Below, piece by piece: positions 1 to 14,280 of a stretch of DNA of 64,000 bases. Origin of the DNA: Felis catus (Eukaryota); the NCBI RefSeq assembly GCF_018350175.1, contig NC_058368.1:139688001-139752000 (forward strand). The letters are read 5' to 3'. How positions within the stretch are numbered: the stretch's first letter is position 1; each line of letters opens with the position of its first letter. A program made the position numbers and the translations under genes. The notes beneath the pieces were generated by a model. The model did no database searches. It saw only the letters and a program-made list of their open reading frames with translations, and was not told where the DNA came from.

Positions 1-8
1 TGGACGCT

Positions 9-230
9 TGGGGCACCTGGGCGGCTCACTCAGTTAAGCATATGATTTTGGCTCAGGTCACAATCTCGTGGTTTATGAGTTTGAGCCCCACATTGGGTTC
101 TGTGCTGACAGCTCAGAGCCTGGAACCTATTTCAGATTCTGTGTCTCCCTCTCTCTCTGCCTATTTCCTGGTCGCATTCTGCCTCTCTCTCTAAAAAGTA
201 AACAATAAACATCAAAAAAAATATATAAGA
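9..230 (+). mobile_element. CAN-SINE
   Basis: GGGGCACCTGGG head, (CT)n tract, A-tail, TSD TGGACGCT/TGGATGCT. It is inserted into an opposite-strand SINE (remnant at 241-266). Confidence 0.9.
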
Positions 231-329
231 ATTGGATGCTGAAGTGACTGAGCCACCCAGGCATCCTACATTTAAAAATACTTTAAATGTGATTTATTTT
301 CTGATGATAGTGACAAAAATCAGTCTGTT

Positions 330-1540
330 AGGCTAGGAGAAGATATTTGCCAAATAAATGTCTGAAAAAAAAAAACCCTATGTCTGATAAAAGTTATGGT
401 ATCTGGTAAACTTAAAGAACTTTCAAAACTTAATATTAAGAAGACAAACAGAGGGCACCTGGGTGGTTCAGTCAGTTAATTGTCTCACTCTTGATTTCAG
501 CTCAGGTCATGATTTCATGGTTCATGAGTTTGAGTCCCACGTGGGGGTCTGCACTGATAGTGTGGAGCCTGCTTGGGATTCTCTCTCTCTCCCTTTCTTT
601 CTGCCCCTCCCCCACTCATTCTCTCTCTCCCTCTCTAAATAAATAAACAAACAAGTAATTGGAAAGGAGACAAACAGAAACAAAAGACTGAATGTACATA
701 TCACCAAAGAGATACAAGTAACAAGCAGATGAAAAGATGTAAAACATCAGTTATTATGAAAATGCAAGTTGAAACCACAATGAGGTATCACTACATAGCT
801 ACTAGAATGGTTAAAATCAAAAACCAAAAAGTAAAAAATAAGTGCCAACAAAAATGTTCAGCAACTGGAATTCACATGCATTCTGGGTAGGAATATAAAA
901 TGGTACTGCCACTTTGAAAAACAGTTTGGCAGTTTCTTTTAGAGTTAAACATACACTTAACCATATGACCCAGCAATCCCATTCTCAGTTTTCTACCCAA
1001 GAGAAATAAAAGCAAATATTTACACAAACAGCTGCATAGTGAATAGTGAATATTTACAGCAGCCTGCTTATAGCAGTCCAAATCTGGATACAAACACATA
1101 TCCCTCAGTGGTGAATGGATAATTAACTGTGTGCATCTACATAGTGGAATAGTACTCAATAATACAAAGGAACAAGTTAGGGATACATGCAACAGCATGA
1201 ATGACTCTCAATAGCATTATGGTAAAAAAAACAAACACCAAAAGCTTTATACTTACTGTATGATCCCATTTATATAATATTCCGGGAAAGCCCAAACTAC
1301 AAGAGCAGTGATTTCCAGAGGGTGGGGATGGGGAGTCTATGGACTACAAAGGGGTAGGAGAGAACTTTGTGAGGTGATGGAAACTGTCTATATCCTGATT
1401 GTAATAGTGATTACATGACTGTATACATTGATGAAATCTATCAATGTATCAATCTATCTGTATACGTGAATCAATCAATCAATCTGTATACGTGAATTTT
1501 ATTGGATGCAAATTATACCTCAATAAATCTGAGTTTTAAG
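330..1540 (+). mobile_element. Old L1 (L1M-type) 3' portion interrupted by a SINE
   Basis: Motifs ATATTTGC, ACCACAATGAGGTATCACTAC and CCATATGACCCAGCAATCCC, with a 3' UTR ending TTATACCTCAATAAA. Confidence 0.75.
452..650 (+). mobile_element. CAN-SINE
   Basis: tRNA-derived head, CT tract, AATAAA tail. Confidence 0.9.
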
Positions 1541-2154
1541 AAGGCATGACAAGACTTAAAAAAACAATAATCAATAGAACAAGGGGAAAAAAGTCTGTCA
1601 GGAACATGCAGAAAGCATATAAAAACTTAACGTGTTTATATATATGTATTATAGAAAGACAGAAAGGAAGAGACAGAGAAAGAAAGAGCCAGTAGGTGGA
1701 AGAAAAGTGATCATAGGAAATGCATGAGAATATGTTGAAATAGGAGGTGAAACATATCTGGACTCAAATAAGTCACCTGCATCTTTTTCTCCCTTAATAA
1801 AGGCTTTGCCAGATTCTCCTTTTCCTTTTTTTTTTTTTTTTTTTTTTAACTGCAGACTTTCTTTTAAATATAAGTATCTCACAAAGTAAACTTAAAGAAA
1901 TCTGGGTGCCTTCTTTATGCCAAGACTGGACAAGCACCTTTATGTTATTTTGTTTAATACACATAATCATCCCATAGTTAGATCTTATCCCCCTTCATCT
2001 TTAATCAGGTAAGGAAGATCAAACTCAGAGCAATTCAGTAACCTACCCGAAGGTAACTTTGGTGGTAAGAAGAGCCAAATGTAAACCCTGGTGTGACTTC
2101 AGAGACCATGAATGGTATGTTAAGCATTTTGGAAATTAAGATATAATGCTAAAT

Positions 2155-2360
2155 AGGCACCTGGGTGGCTCAGTTGGCTAAGCGTCTGACTTTGGCTCAG
2201 GTCATGATCTCGCAGTTTGTGAGTTCAAGCCCCATGTCAAGCTCCGTGCTGCCAGGTCGGAGCCTGGAGCCTGCTTTATCTGTCTCTCTCTCTCTCTCTG
2301 CCCCTCCCCAGCTTACGCTCTGTCTCTCTCAAAAATAAAATAAACATTAAAAATAAAAAG
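2155..2360 (+). mobile_element. CAN-SINE
   Basis: Head, CT tract and tail; TSD AAGATATAATG(C/G)TAAATA. Confidence 0.9.
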
Positions 2361-2734
2361 ATATAATGGTAAATAAAAATACTAAATAAAAACTGGTGTA
2401 TGTGAAGCTTAAAAGACCTTCAGGAAAATTAGGAAAACAAGCCCCTTGCTGTTTTAAGCACGGAAATCTAGAAAATTTTGTATATTTCTTGCTTTATGGA
2501 AACTTCAAGGCTAAAATACACACTATATTTATTATAGAGATTTAAGAGAAGGCATTAATACTAAGTCACAAATTTAAAGAGCTACTTTATAAATATTTAA
2601 CAGGCATGTTCCTGCAAGTCTTACACAAAATAAAATGCATCACATATACATTTTTTCCTATGTCATGACATGTGATACAATAACACCGGATGGGAATCAG
2701 GAGACTTGTGTTACAGTCTTAATTCAGATTATTG

Positions 2735-3148
2735 TGTATTTGGGTTGAATTGTGTGCTTGTAATGTATGCTGAGGCCTGCATACCTTAGAAATTAACTTT
2801 ACTTAGAAACAGGGTAGCAGAGATGTAATTAGTTAGGATGATGTCACACTGGAGTAGACTAGGCCCCTAATTCATTATGACTGGTGTCCTTATAAAAAGG
2901 GGAAATTTGGACATGAATAAGCCCACAGAGAGAACACTATGTGAACATAAAAGCAAACATGGGAGAATTGCATCTACAAGAAACAGAATGCCAGATAGCC
3001 AACAAACAAGCAAAAGCAACAGAAGGAACCCACCCTGATAACACCTTGATCCAACTTTTAGTCTCCAGAACTGTCAAACAATAAATCTGTTGTTTAAGCC
3101 ACACAGTTTGTGGTACTCTGTTATGGTAACCCTAGCAAACAAATTACA
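2735..3148 (+). mobile_element. MaLR solo LTR (MLT1-type)
   Basis: GGGTTGAATTGTGT start and TGACTGGTGTCCTTATAAAAAGGGG, ending AATAAATCTGTTGTTTAAGCCAC...CCCTAGCAAACAAATTACA. Confidence 0.85.
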
Positions 3149-3684
3149 TTCTGTAATTATATAATTCTGAGCAAATTATTTTGACATTTTGGGGCCTACA
3201 TTTCAATAGATATACTTTTTTATATTTTTCTTACAAAAACCTTTTACCAAACATTTTAAATATTTCCTATTACATTTGAATTATTTGAGTTACATTATAC
3301 GAGTTACACTCGTTATCTAAAGATAGAAGATAGTATTTCCAAATGAACTGAATAGCTTGTTATTATCTTACATTATTATCTTATATCTTATTATTATCTT
3401 AATAATCTAAGATTCTAATTTCTTTTAGAAATTCAGACGTGAGTGTTCTTAGAATGAGAATTATCAACCAATATCTTATCCCATGCTTATACTTGCGTAC
3501 ACCCTCCTCTTTCTACCAGTTCAATGTAGCAAAATTACACAGTTGATAAAAGGCCAACTTCTTAATTTCTCACTAATCTGGAGTTCCTTGTATAATGAAT
3601 GATTGTTTATGGCACTACTCATCTTTGGTGATATCTAATTTACTGAACATTATTCTGTATCATAATTTCTTATTTTATAATTTT

Positions 3685-3910
3685 TGGGGAGTCTGGGTGG
3701 CTCAGTCAGTTAAGCGTCCAACTCTTGATGCTGGCTCAGGTTGCAATCTTGCTGTCATGAGATCGAGGCCCGTACTGGGCTCTGTGTGGAGCATGGAGCC
3801 TGCTTGGGATTCTCTTTCTCCCTCTTTCTCTGCCCCTCCTCCATTGGTACATGCATATTCTCTTTCTCTCTCTCAAAATAAATAAATAAGTAAACATTAA
3901 AAAAAAATTT
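3685..3910 (+). mobile_element. CAN-SINE
   Basis: Head, CT tract, A-tail. Confidence 0.9.
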
Positions 3911-4449
3911 TAGATCTAATTACTCTTTAACACTTAAAATTTTTTGTTTAGTTTTATAGTTTTCTTCAATTTTGAACACTTCCTTCCCTTGCTTTTACAT
4001 CTCTATTGTCTTCTTTAATTCTGCCAGAATCTTTCAACTTCTCCTCCAACCCTATGTACCTAAGAACTATTTGGCTTTAATTTTTAAAAATCTAACCATA
4101 AACATTTTCACTATCTTTCAGTTTTCCTTCTGAAAATATTAAACCATAAAATTGGTGGATAAACTTACATATAACCAACCTCTAAGAGTAATAGGAATTT
4201 CATTCATTTGGTAATTAAAGAAGTTCTACAAAGTTTCAGGTACACAAAGGCAAATACCTAAGGTGAGACCTGGGACTACAGACCCTAGGCAAACCAGTTC
4301 TAAAGACATTACTATTTCTGTTATACCAAATATCTCTACCTGCCTAATTCCCAAAATATCTTATCTCAGTAAATACAAACAAACCACTTCTTTTATCTTC
4401 ATGAAAGGATCATGAATTGTTGGTTGAAAAACTATTAGTATTATAATTT

Positions 4450-5560
4450 TAAACATGGTACAAAGAGAAGGAATACACAAATCAAGTGAACAGAAGAGAG
4501 TGTAGAAACAACTGCAAATACACATGGGAATTTATAGTGAAGGTGACATTTCAATCCAGTGGAGAAAAGGTGAATTATTCAATTAATAGCATTAGAATAC
4601 ATAGTCATTTGAAGAAAAATAAAAAAGCTAATTTCCCCTATCGCTCTTTAGGCTTAAAATAACTCCCACAGGAATAAAACTCAAATATAAATTTTACATG
4701 AAAATATAATTACATATTATATTGTATATAGTCTCTGAAGTAGGAAATACCTATCTAAACATAACTAAATGCAGAAGCCATAAAGGAAAGGTCAGTAAGA
4801 GTATGTAAAAAATTATAATTTCTGTAAGACTATAGAAGACTATAAAACAAGGTAAGAATAAACAAATGACAAATTGGGGAAAATATTTGCAACAAATATG
4901 ATAAATGGCCAATTATCATGTTATCAAGAGCTTCTATAAATCAATAAGGAAAAAAAGAGAACAAGAGATGAATAAATGATTGGAAGAGGAAAAAGAAATA
5001 TAAATGAGCTATAAACATACAAAGTACTCAATCTCATAAATAGAAAATGCAATTTAAAATATTAAGGTACTATTTTTATCTAGTAGATTGACAAATATTT
5101 TAACATTTGCCAAAACCTAACTTCCTCAATACTTCAGGGTATGGGGAAATAGAGACACTCATACATTATTGGTAAGAGTGAAAAGTGGTACTCTTTTGAA
5201 AGAGCCATTTGACAGTAACTATAAAGAAATTTTAGAATAAGTTTGTTCCTACAATAGTCATTCAGTAAAAAATCAGATATGTTCTACATGTCCAAAAAAA
5301 GGGAGGAGGCATATAAACAAGATATGGTACATCCATGCAATTCAACAGAATGTAGTAAACACGTCCAAGTCATACTAAAAGAAAATAAGGTAAAGAACAA
5401 TAGATTTAGTATGATACTATTTGTGTAAATAAAAATGAAGGACATAAACATACAAATGCTTGTATGGGCATACAAATTATTGGAAGAAAACACCAGAAAT
5501 TTAACTTTATTCCTTGAGTGCAGGACTAAGCGCAAAGAGAAACATTCACTTTTTCATGCC
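4450..5560 (+). mobile_element. Old L1 ORF2/3' fragments
   Basis: Degenerate L1 motifs (AAATTGGGGAAAATATTTGCAACA, CTCATACATTATTGGTAAGAGTG). Confidence 0.6.
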
Positions 5561-7599
5561 ACAGATTATATCTTTTTACCAGGAGTGTTTTATTTAAAAA
5601 CAGAACTTTAAAAATAAAGAACAGTTTAAATATTCCATAAACATTGTTTTTGATTGAAGAAATACAATTAACATATATTGAACACCTACCATGGCTAGTT
5701 TTGTAGCAGAGACTGGATCTTAAGCAAATAAATTATAAATAAACTATTATAATTCTGAAATTCAACTTTATCTTTCTATAATCATTTACTCTACATACAG
5801 ATAGTTCATTCTTCATAAAGTGAAAAAAGTACTGCTTTTCTTCTTACCCAATGCTTTCAATCCCTTCACATTAATTTTTTCCAAGTAACAAATTCTCCCA
5901 GGAAATATTTTGTTCCTTGAAAGTATTTCACTCAATTCATTATCACAAAGCTAAAGAACATGATTAAAATAATTAAGAATGACTTAATTGTTAAACTAAA
6001 ATAAGAGCGAATTTAACAATAAATTAGGTTCTATCAGAAAAGGTGGGCTCAGATAGTAGGTTCACCAATAAGTAGTATGTTAAGGTTACAGCAAAGTCAC
6101 GGTTCAAGTCCAGATTTCTCCACATATGAATACTGTCTATTTTATAAGATGCCACGTGAGCAAATTCAACACTGCCATTTATTTTTTGTCTTCAGAGGTG
6201 AAGTGATATATATCATAGCCCATATTTAAGAAAAGCAAAGGATACCTATTTAACAGAGATAATTAGTATTACATTTTTGTTATTTAACTCAAGTACATGT
6301 TCTATTTGTAAACTTCATTGTCAGAAACTCATAGAATTCAGTTGTATTTTATAACTTCCTTGATATATGAAACAGTGAACCTGTGAACCCACAGTCAAGG
6401 AAAAGACTGAAAGTTGAAGGAGTTCAGGAATATAAATGCTTGTGTTTCTCCTTACCACTTGTTTCACGGTCTCTAAGACTACCACTCAGAATTTGCTGCC
6501 TCATTCATCTTTTTAACCTTCCCTACCACTATTTAGCTTAGTGAACACCACTAGATTCCTTCCTCATCTCTTTCAAATTGTTTCATTTTCCCACCCATTT
6601 CTTTGACCCTATACCACAATGAAAGATCTGTAGGCAAATATAGGTATAACAAAACAACAACAAAACTACAAAGAACAGGTTTTTTTTTTCTGAGATGCAA
6701 TGTAATTATTTACTAAAATTTTTTTTCCTTCAATAAGCCACACACTATTACCATAGTTCATAACTCAAAAACTATATTTAACTCTACAGAAACAAGCATA
6801 GTACTCTAGGAATACTACTATTTAGTAAACAATAAAGTTTCATTCCTCCCCATTTTCACATCAACCAACAGCTTATTTTCAAAGTGTAGTAGCTAATAAG
6901 CATCTGACAAGATACAAAAGAAGGAAGGATAGGAAGACTGGAGGAAGGACATTTCAAGATTGTAAAACACGTTTCTATCCACTGTTCTGTCCTCTAGCAT
7001 ATACAATAATCTATCTCAAGGGAAATAAAACCCCAAAATACAAAACTAGAAACAACTTCAAAATACACCATAATGTACAACATACAAGTCAAAATAAATA
7101 CTGAGCTTTTATATGTTCAAAATATTTCTTTAAAATTGTCCTTAAAAATGGAGAGTAGTAGTTTCATTCTTAATACTTACAAACAATTCCTCTATAGGTT
7201 TTTCCCACTCAACACTCAACTAAGTTTGTTTTCAAACTTTGAACATATATGAGGGGCAGAATGTACCAAAAAAAAACAACAGAAAAAAAACTGTAGGATT
7301 TCCCTTAAATGTGTAACATATACATACCTAAGTCAGATTTAGAAATCGACACAGATTCAAAGTATACTTTTTATTTTTACAAGCAATATAAATTTTATCA
7401 TAATGTGAATTCTCTTTGAAAGTATCAGTATAATCTATCATTAAGTTTTAACATACCCATTTCTGGATTTTAAGACAACAGTTCCCTTAACTGATCCCCA
7501 TTTAACAGACCTGTTTTAGCCAACACTTTTTTTTTACTTTTATTAAATAATGGCATACTGACTACTCTCAACTTGTAGGCTATTTTTAATATATTTAGG

Positions 7600-8170
7600 C
7601 ACTTCTGATCTTACAGGTTGAGTTATGTTTAACAAATCAGTTGGTTGTTCTCAAACCTGTTTATGCCAGTTAACTTGTGATCCTTGCATAACTTAATTAA
7701 TATTAGGTAAGTCTACGGAATACAAGCGCAAAAAGAGGGTTGTTTCTATGTAAACTAAGTTGAATGCAAACTAAGTAGAATGACTCAATAAAGGTGAGTC
7801 ATTCTTTTAAAAGGTATTGAATTAGACAAAGGTGAGACATCTGTAAAATATTAAGGAAAACATAAAAAAGTCAGAAGATCCTATACTTAGGTCTTTCAAA
7901 ACTATCGTTAAGCATTTATCTCACTTTAGAGAAATCAAAACTGGAAATTGCAAATCATGCATTATGGATATATTTACAAGCACTTCTCTCAATTTCACAT
8001 TTGAAGAGATGGTGTTAGCATTACATCAAAAAGCTGGCAAATGAATATAAATTTGCATATTTTAAGTTAAAATTTTAAAATGTTAAGATACATTTTTTTT
8101 TAGTTTTCTGCTTTACCTTTTTCAATAACCCACCATGTAATTGTCATTATCTCATCAGATATGAAGTCTT
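7600..8170 (+). mobile_element. Ancient Tigger/pogo-like transposase fragment
   Basis: Broken translation KRVVSM*TKLNA...LNKGES...IELDKGETSVK...LEKSKLEIANHALWIY resembles CENP-B/Tigger N-terminal HTH domains. Confidence 0.5.
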
Positions 8171-8260
8171 CAAGTGTTTTTTTTTTCTGCATCCCTTGTT
8201 TAAGGGCTTGCTGTAACAACTAGATATATAGTACCCGTCTTTATAAAGTAATAGTATCTA

Positions 8261-8566
<306 letters not shown>

Positions 8567-8713
8567 CTAGAGGTAAGGGGATGGGGTGCGAGGGAAAAGA
8601 AAAACAAAATATAAAAGTCAGTATTTTAGAAATCCAAACTTTCTGAAACAAACAATCTAATTTAAAACCAAAATGTGAAAAGCTCTAACTTAATTATAAA
8701 CAAAATGATTATG

Positions 8714-8821
8714 GGGCACCTGGGTGGCTCAGTCAGTTAAGTGTCAGACCTCAGCTCAGGTCATGATCTCTGATCCATGAGTTCAAGCCCCGTGTTGGGT
8801 TCTCTGCAGAGCCTGCTTGGG

Positions 8822-8875
<54 letters not shown>

Positions 8876-9003
8876 CTGCCCCTTCCCCACTCACGTGCTC
8901 TCTTTCTCAACTAAACTTTAAAAAAATTGCCAAAAGACGAACTGGCACTTCATAAAACAGGATATTCTGTGCTGACAGCTCAGAGCCTAAAGCCTGTTGC
9001 AGA

Positions 9004-9040
<37 letters not shown>

Positions 9041-9085
9041 TCCCCCTCTTATGCTCTGTCTCTCAAAAATAATAAAAGTTTAAAA
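8714..9085 (+). mobile_element. Composite CAN-SINE
   Basis: One head and two bodies/tails, with a single flanking TSD AAAATGATT. Confidence 0.85.
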
Positions 9086-11679
9086 AAATGATTGTAGAAA
9101 GTGAAAAGTTGAGATTTTCTAGATATGATTTTCAGTATTTTTTACAAAATTACAAATAAATATTGTATTCTCTTCCATTTAATATTTGAGGAATAAAACT
9201 GTTTCAGTTAAAAATTCTGCTCTTCATTTGTGTGCTTCATCCTCCCCTCCTCAGCAACTTCATGAGACTTGGATTGTTTTGTCCCTGCCATAATTAACAT
9301 ATTCAACAGAAAAGTCTGGTTATGTAGCCTCTCATTCTCTTACACCAAGTACTGCATGAAGCTTTGTAAATCAACAGAAGTATGAAGCTAATCATGGCCA
9401 AATTCTACTTTGGTTGTAAGTTACTGATATATGAACATATATGATATTTATGACCACATCAAAGTAAAAATACAAGATCATTAATCTTTAAAAGTCTGTA
9501 TCAACTCTACTGTTTCCCCCACAGAATTCAATGCTACATATTTAAAAGTTCATTGATTTTCCAAGTTTCTCTGAATATCTACTTTTTAAATTCAAGAGTA
9601 ATAATATATTGTGTATTAAAAAAACTAGTTTTCAAAAACATACTTGGATTATCAGTTTCTAGTACCTACAAATGGTTTCTGTGTTGCTAAAGTCTTGATG
9701 CACAGTACAGATCACAATCAATAATCTTGCAAAGGCGGAAATGTAACCTCTATGGGAATTCTTGATTTTGCATATTTTAATGCTCTGGGGGTTTTATGTA
9801 TGTAAAGACAATTCCAAAAACTATCTAATTCCAAAACTATCTGCCAAAAACTAATTCAAAATGGATTGTTAAAAATATATTGCATTGGCTCAGGCTCTTT
9901 ACCCATTGAGAAATCTTTACTTTTCTATTTCCTACTCAGTATGTTTGAGACATTTCAGCTCTTAAATCTTCTAAGGTTCATCATTACAACCCCTCCCTAA
10001 GATTTTTATCTATGTTGGCAATTTAATACATTCTCTCCTCTGAGCTCTCTAATCACCATTTCCTTATTTCTAATTCCCTGTGACTTACCATTAAATTACA
10101 CAATGAGTTGAAATAATGATGGTTACATGTAAAATTGAATTCATCTCCTCTTATAAGGTGCATTTTCCTCCTTATGTTTCTATTTCCTTGGCTATACTGG
10201 TATTTGTGCAGCCTGATTCATATTCAAACCTGGCTCAGTGCTCCTGTACTATGTGGACAGAACAGAATATACAAAATCAGATAGATTCTATTAGTTGTGT
10301 GATGAGTTTTGGCAAGTTATTTAACTTCTCTGTGCTTTAGTTCCTTTCCCTATTATTTGAATGGCTGAAAAAAAATCATGAATGCCTCTACTACAGTTTT
10401 AACAGATACTGTTCCTTGTCAATGTCTATAGCCTGTCATCAACTCCTATTCATCTTTCCTTCATATAAAACCCTTACATTTGGCTCTTCTTCTCTATTTT
10501 CAATTAATACAATGATTATCAGGTTACTAGGCTCTTGGGAAGGCTTAAGAACCTTACCTCTAATATCTTCTGCATTTTATTTCATAACTTACATAATTTT
10601 ACTTATTAAGCACATAGGCTTACTTATCTCACATATTAATCTCAATGAACCTCTAGCTCCAAAACTTATGTGGACAACTCCCCATTGTCTGTAATACAAA
10701 TTATTTAGACTGGCATACCTTAACGCTGCCTCATTCCACTTACTGCCCCTCAGAGGGCTGGTAACTGTGTGACTGTGGTCAAATTGCTTACTGTTTCTTT
10801 GTCAAACTTTACCTCTTAAAGTTGTCAAGATTAAACAAGAATAGACTTAGAATACTGCCAGGCACAAAGTATTTTCTCAGTTGGAGACAGAGTTATGCAG
10901 AGCTAATGAAGCTTAAGCTTCAGTGCAGTTCACTAGAACAGACCTCTTCCAGAGTGACAGAATGGGCCCCAGCAATTGTGTACCATAATTTTATACTTTT
11001 TTATAGAGGACCCATTAAATTACATAAGCTTCAGGCCCCTTTACTCAGTAAATGTTAGCTCCTACTATCACAACTAGAAGGTAGAGTTTTGGTTTCTCAC
11101 AAGGTCTCCTCACTCTTCCCCAACTAACAAAGACAAAGCAATATGCTAGACACAGCAGAAGAATCAAAGATTTCTGTTCCCAAGAGTTCAGCAAGCACAA
11201 TTTCAAGAGGAAAAAAAAATCATTTACAGTAAGAGTCAGAACAAGTTACAAATAAAATAACTATGGGAACCCAAGGTAAGGAGATCTGAAATGGTTGGCA
11301 AAATAAAGAAAGGCTTCATGGTAAAAATAGTTTTTGAGATAAACTCTAAAGGTGGATAGAATTTCAGCCAACAGTTTGGTATGTGGGGAAATAGAAGATA
11401 AGGTAAACCTTGAAGGATTGAGAGAATTCATAATAAGTTAGATGAGATTTATTTTATCCAGGCTTAGTTGCTCTCAATTCCCACTAAGGCATGAATCTTT
11501 CTCATCAATGATCCACCCTGATATTGTTATAACCACCTAGAATTATTGTCTATCCAGTATTTTGGGAACCTATGTGCTTAAGAAGTGATTCTACAGAAAA
11601 TATGCTTCACAGGTATTTCCATGTCTTTTAAATTACCATATACAAAATAAAACTTTGGACTGGTATATATCTTTTCTTA

Positions 11680-12138
11680 AAAATTTTTAAAATATTTATT
11701 TATTTTTGAGAGACACAGAGAGACAGAGCATGAGTGGGGGAAGAGCAGAGAGAGAGGGTGACACAGAATCTGAAGCAGGCTCCAGGCTCTGAGCTGTCAG
11801 CACAGAGCCTGACATGGGGCTTAGACCCACAGACTGTGAGATCATGACCTAAGCCCAAGTCAGACACTAAACCGACTGAGCCACTCAGGCACCCCAGGAC
11901 CGGTATATTGCTTTAAAAAAAATTTTTTTTACATTTATTTATTTCTTTTTGAGAGACAGAGAGAGAGCACAAGTGGGGGAGGGGCAGAGAGAGAGAGAGA
12001 AAGACACAGAATTTGAAGAGGCTCCAGGCTCTGAGCTGTCAGCACAGAGCCTGACGCGGGGCTCGAACTCACAAACCATGAGATCATGACCTGAGCAGAT
12101 GTCGGACGCTCAAATGACGGAGCCACCCAGGCGCCCCA
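11680..12138 (-). mobile_element. Two tandem CAN-SINEs
   Basis: Copies at about 11680-11896 and 11915-12138, with shared target sequence GGAC(C/T)GGTATAT. Confidence 0.92.
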
Positions 12139-14184
12139 GGACCGGTATATTTCTAATATAAGTTTATCCCCTCTGTCCATTCCAAATCCACTCAATTTTG
12201 GAAGGGAAGAAACAATACAAATTAGAGACTTACCTACATTATTCAATTGAAGGAAAAGAACAGTTGCTGAGTTCTATCTAACTCTTGTGTAAATTACCAA
12301 GTGAATACAAACGGATCAAAATATAGAAGTACTTTACATTTTAAAACATGTATTCAATATAAAACACTCCTGATTAAAAAGCTTCCAGAAATCATTTTAT
12401 ACAGCCATATACTAAATTTCAGGGACATTTCCTTCATAGCTGTTAACAAAAATACCAAAAACTATATTCCTGCTAATTCTACATATACAGCAATACCAAA
12501 GTTATTTACGTACCAGAGAAGTGATAAAAAAATACATTTGTCCATATTTAAGTATCAAAGAGATACTCTTCCATTTTTTGTCATAAGGTATGTGTACTAT
12601 ACTGCTCTGTATATAGTGAATACTCAGAGTACTGGGGACTCTTTTCACCAGTCACTACTCCCGCCCCCCCAAAATAGTGGTATCAAATAGGTCAAAAGTT
12701 CAGCCTGTTTTATAAAATACCACTACTAGAGTACTAATTTGGAAGTCTGCTTCTCATTTAATGGGAAAAGTGATGAATCTACCAGAATTGAGAAGCAAAT
12801 TCCTTCTGAAATTCCACCTGAAAATGTGTATCTACTACACAATGTGTTCGAGAGATTCCTAAATTACGAGATACATTTAATCTAAAGAAACCCTAGGGAG
12901 GTTCACTTTAATGAAAGCCTTTCACTGAAATTCCAATGACCACATATCAACACACATCATGATTTTTCTATGTAAATAAAAGTTAACACTTGGCAAGTCT
13001 TAGTTCTGACTTCTGTCTTACCTAAGGCCTTTCTCATCAGCCTTCTAAAGACAACAGAAAAACCTAATATGAAACAAGTCCACAGAAATGTCCAAATGCT
13101 TAGCCAAAGTATGTATACTGGAAGCAGCATGGTTTCTTAATAGCCAGTAGGCTGCACATGATCTTGTATCTTATGACCAGCTTGCTGAGGGACTGGCCAT
13201 TTCTAAAACTTTAACAGGAAGAGAGAAGGAAGTAATAAAGGCAATATGCATCTTATTAAGCAAAACTTTGAACGAATAAACAAGAAAACGCCCATATATT
13301 ACCAAAAGAAAAAAAAATCAAACATCTCAAAAAGGGCCTGATCGAATTTAATTAACTGGCCTTACAGCCCTACAACTATATGCTTTGCTAAAATTTTGAA
13401 AGACGGTATTTAAAATTTTCAGGAAAGGTAAGATGTGTTTTCCTTACTCTGGCCCTTTGACTGCAATAACATTTTATTATTAACAGTGTTCTTCCTGGAC
13501 TAAATAAAGGTTGGCCTCTATTCTGACTTGTGCCAAGTTACTTGGACTAGTTCTTGTACCTATCACGTGCCGAGTCGACAGCTCTTTTCTGAACTGGGGA
13601 ATAGGATGAGGGGAAAAGTACAAAAGTCACCTTCCCTGAGATCTCTCACTGTATCTAACTTGGCATAGTTTACCGCCTCAGTTTTCCGCACCATATCCAG
13701 TTGCTCCGGCAACTGTCTACACAGCCGCGTTCAGCGAATCCTCCAACCCTGCTCTCCATCTCCGAACTAACCTCGTTTGCGAGGTCCGATCTGCACTGCT
13801 CCCAAACCCAGGCATTCGAACACTGCTGTTGCCCAACCCGGGCTCCTATGGCCAGGACAGATGCCGCTCTGAGTCCCAAGTCACGATACGCATGCCGCTC
13901 CCAAACTGAATTCGGGGCTGGGACGCGTTTTCTCCGGTCTTTGGCCACCGCCGCCGAGCCCCAGGGCAGGAGAGCAGGACAGTCCCCTTCTCCCTCCCAC
14001 CCCCACCCTCACCCCGGCCCGGGCACTCCTGCAGCAGTACTCAGCCCCGCACCCAGGCACATTCCGCAGCCCCCGCCCCGGGACAGTCCACCACTCCCGC
14101 CCAACCCCACCCCATCCCCTCAGCGGCTTGCCTCACAGCAGGTGAAGTCTGAGCAGGAGGCCCTCGGACGCGCGGGCTGCTCAC

Positions 14185-14280
14185 CTTGCTGAGGACTCCG
14201 CAGCGCTCCACAGGCGGCCCGGACTCCGTCTCTGGATCCTCCTCCGAGCCCGACGAGTTCCAGCTCTGGTTATCCGACAT
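14185..14280 (-). CDS. CERT1: CERT1 (ceramide transfer protein / GPBP) first canonical coding exon, aa 1-32
   Basis: ATG at 14280 translates [32 protein letters not shown], the known CERT N-terminus. It ends at donor AAG|GTGAGC; 96 nt, phase 0. Confidence 0.97.

Noticed and set aside
12301..12690. 129-aa plus-strand ORF in CERT1 intron 1
   Set aside because: GTG start, AT-rich composition and no recognisable domain; likely chance.
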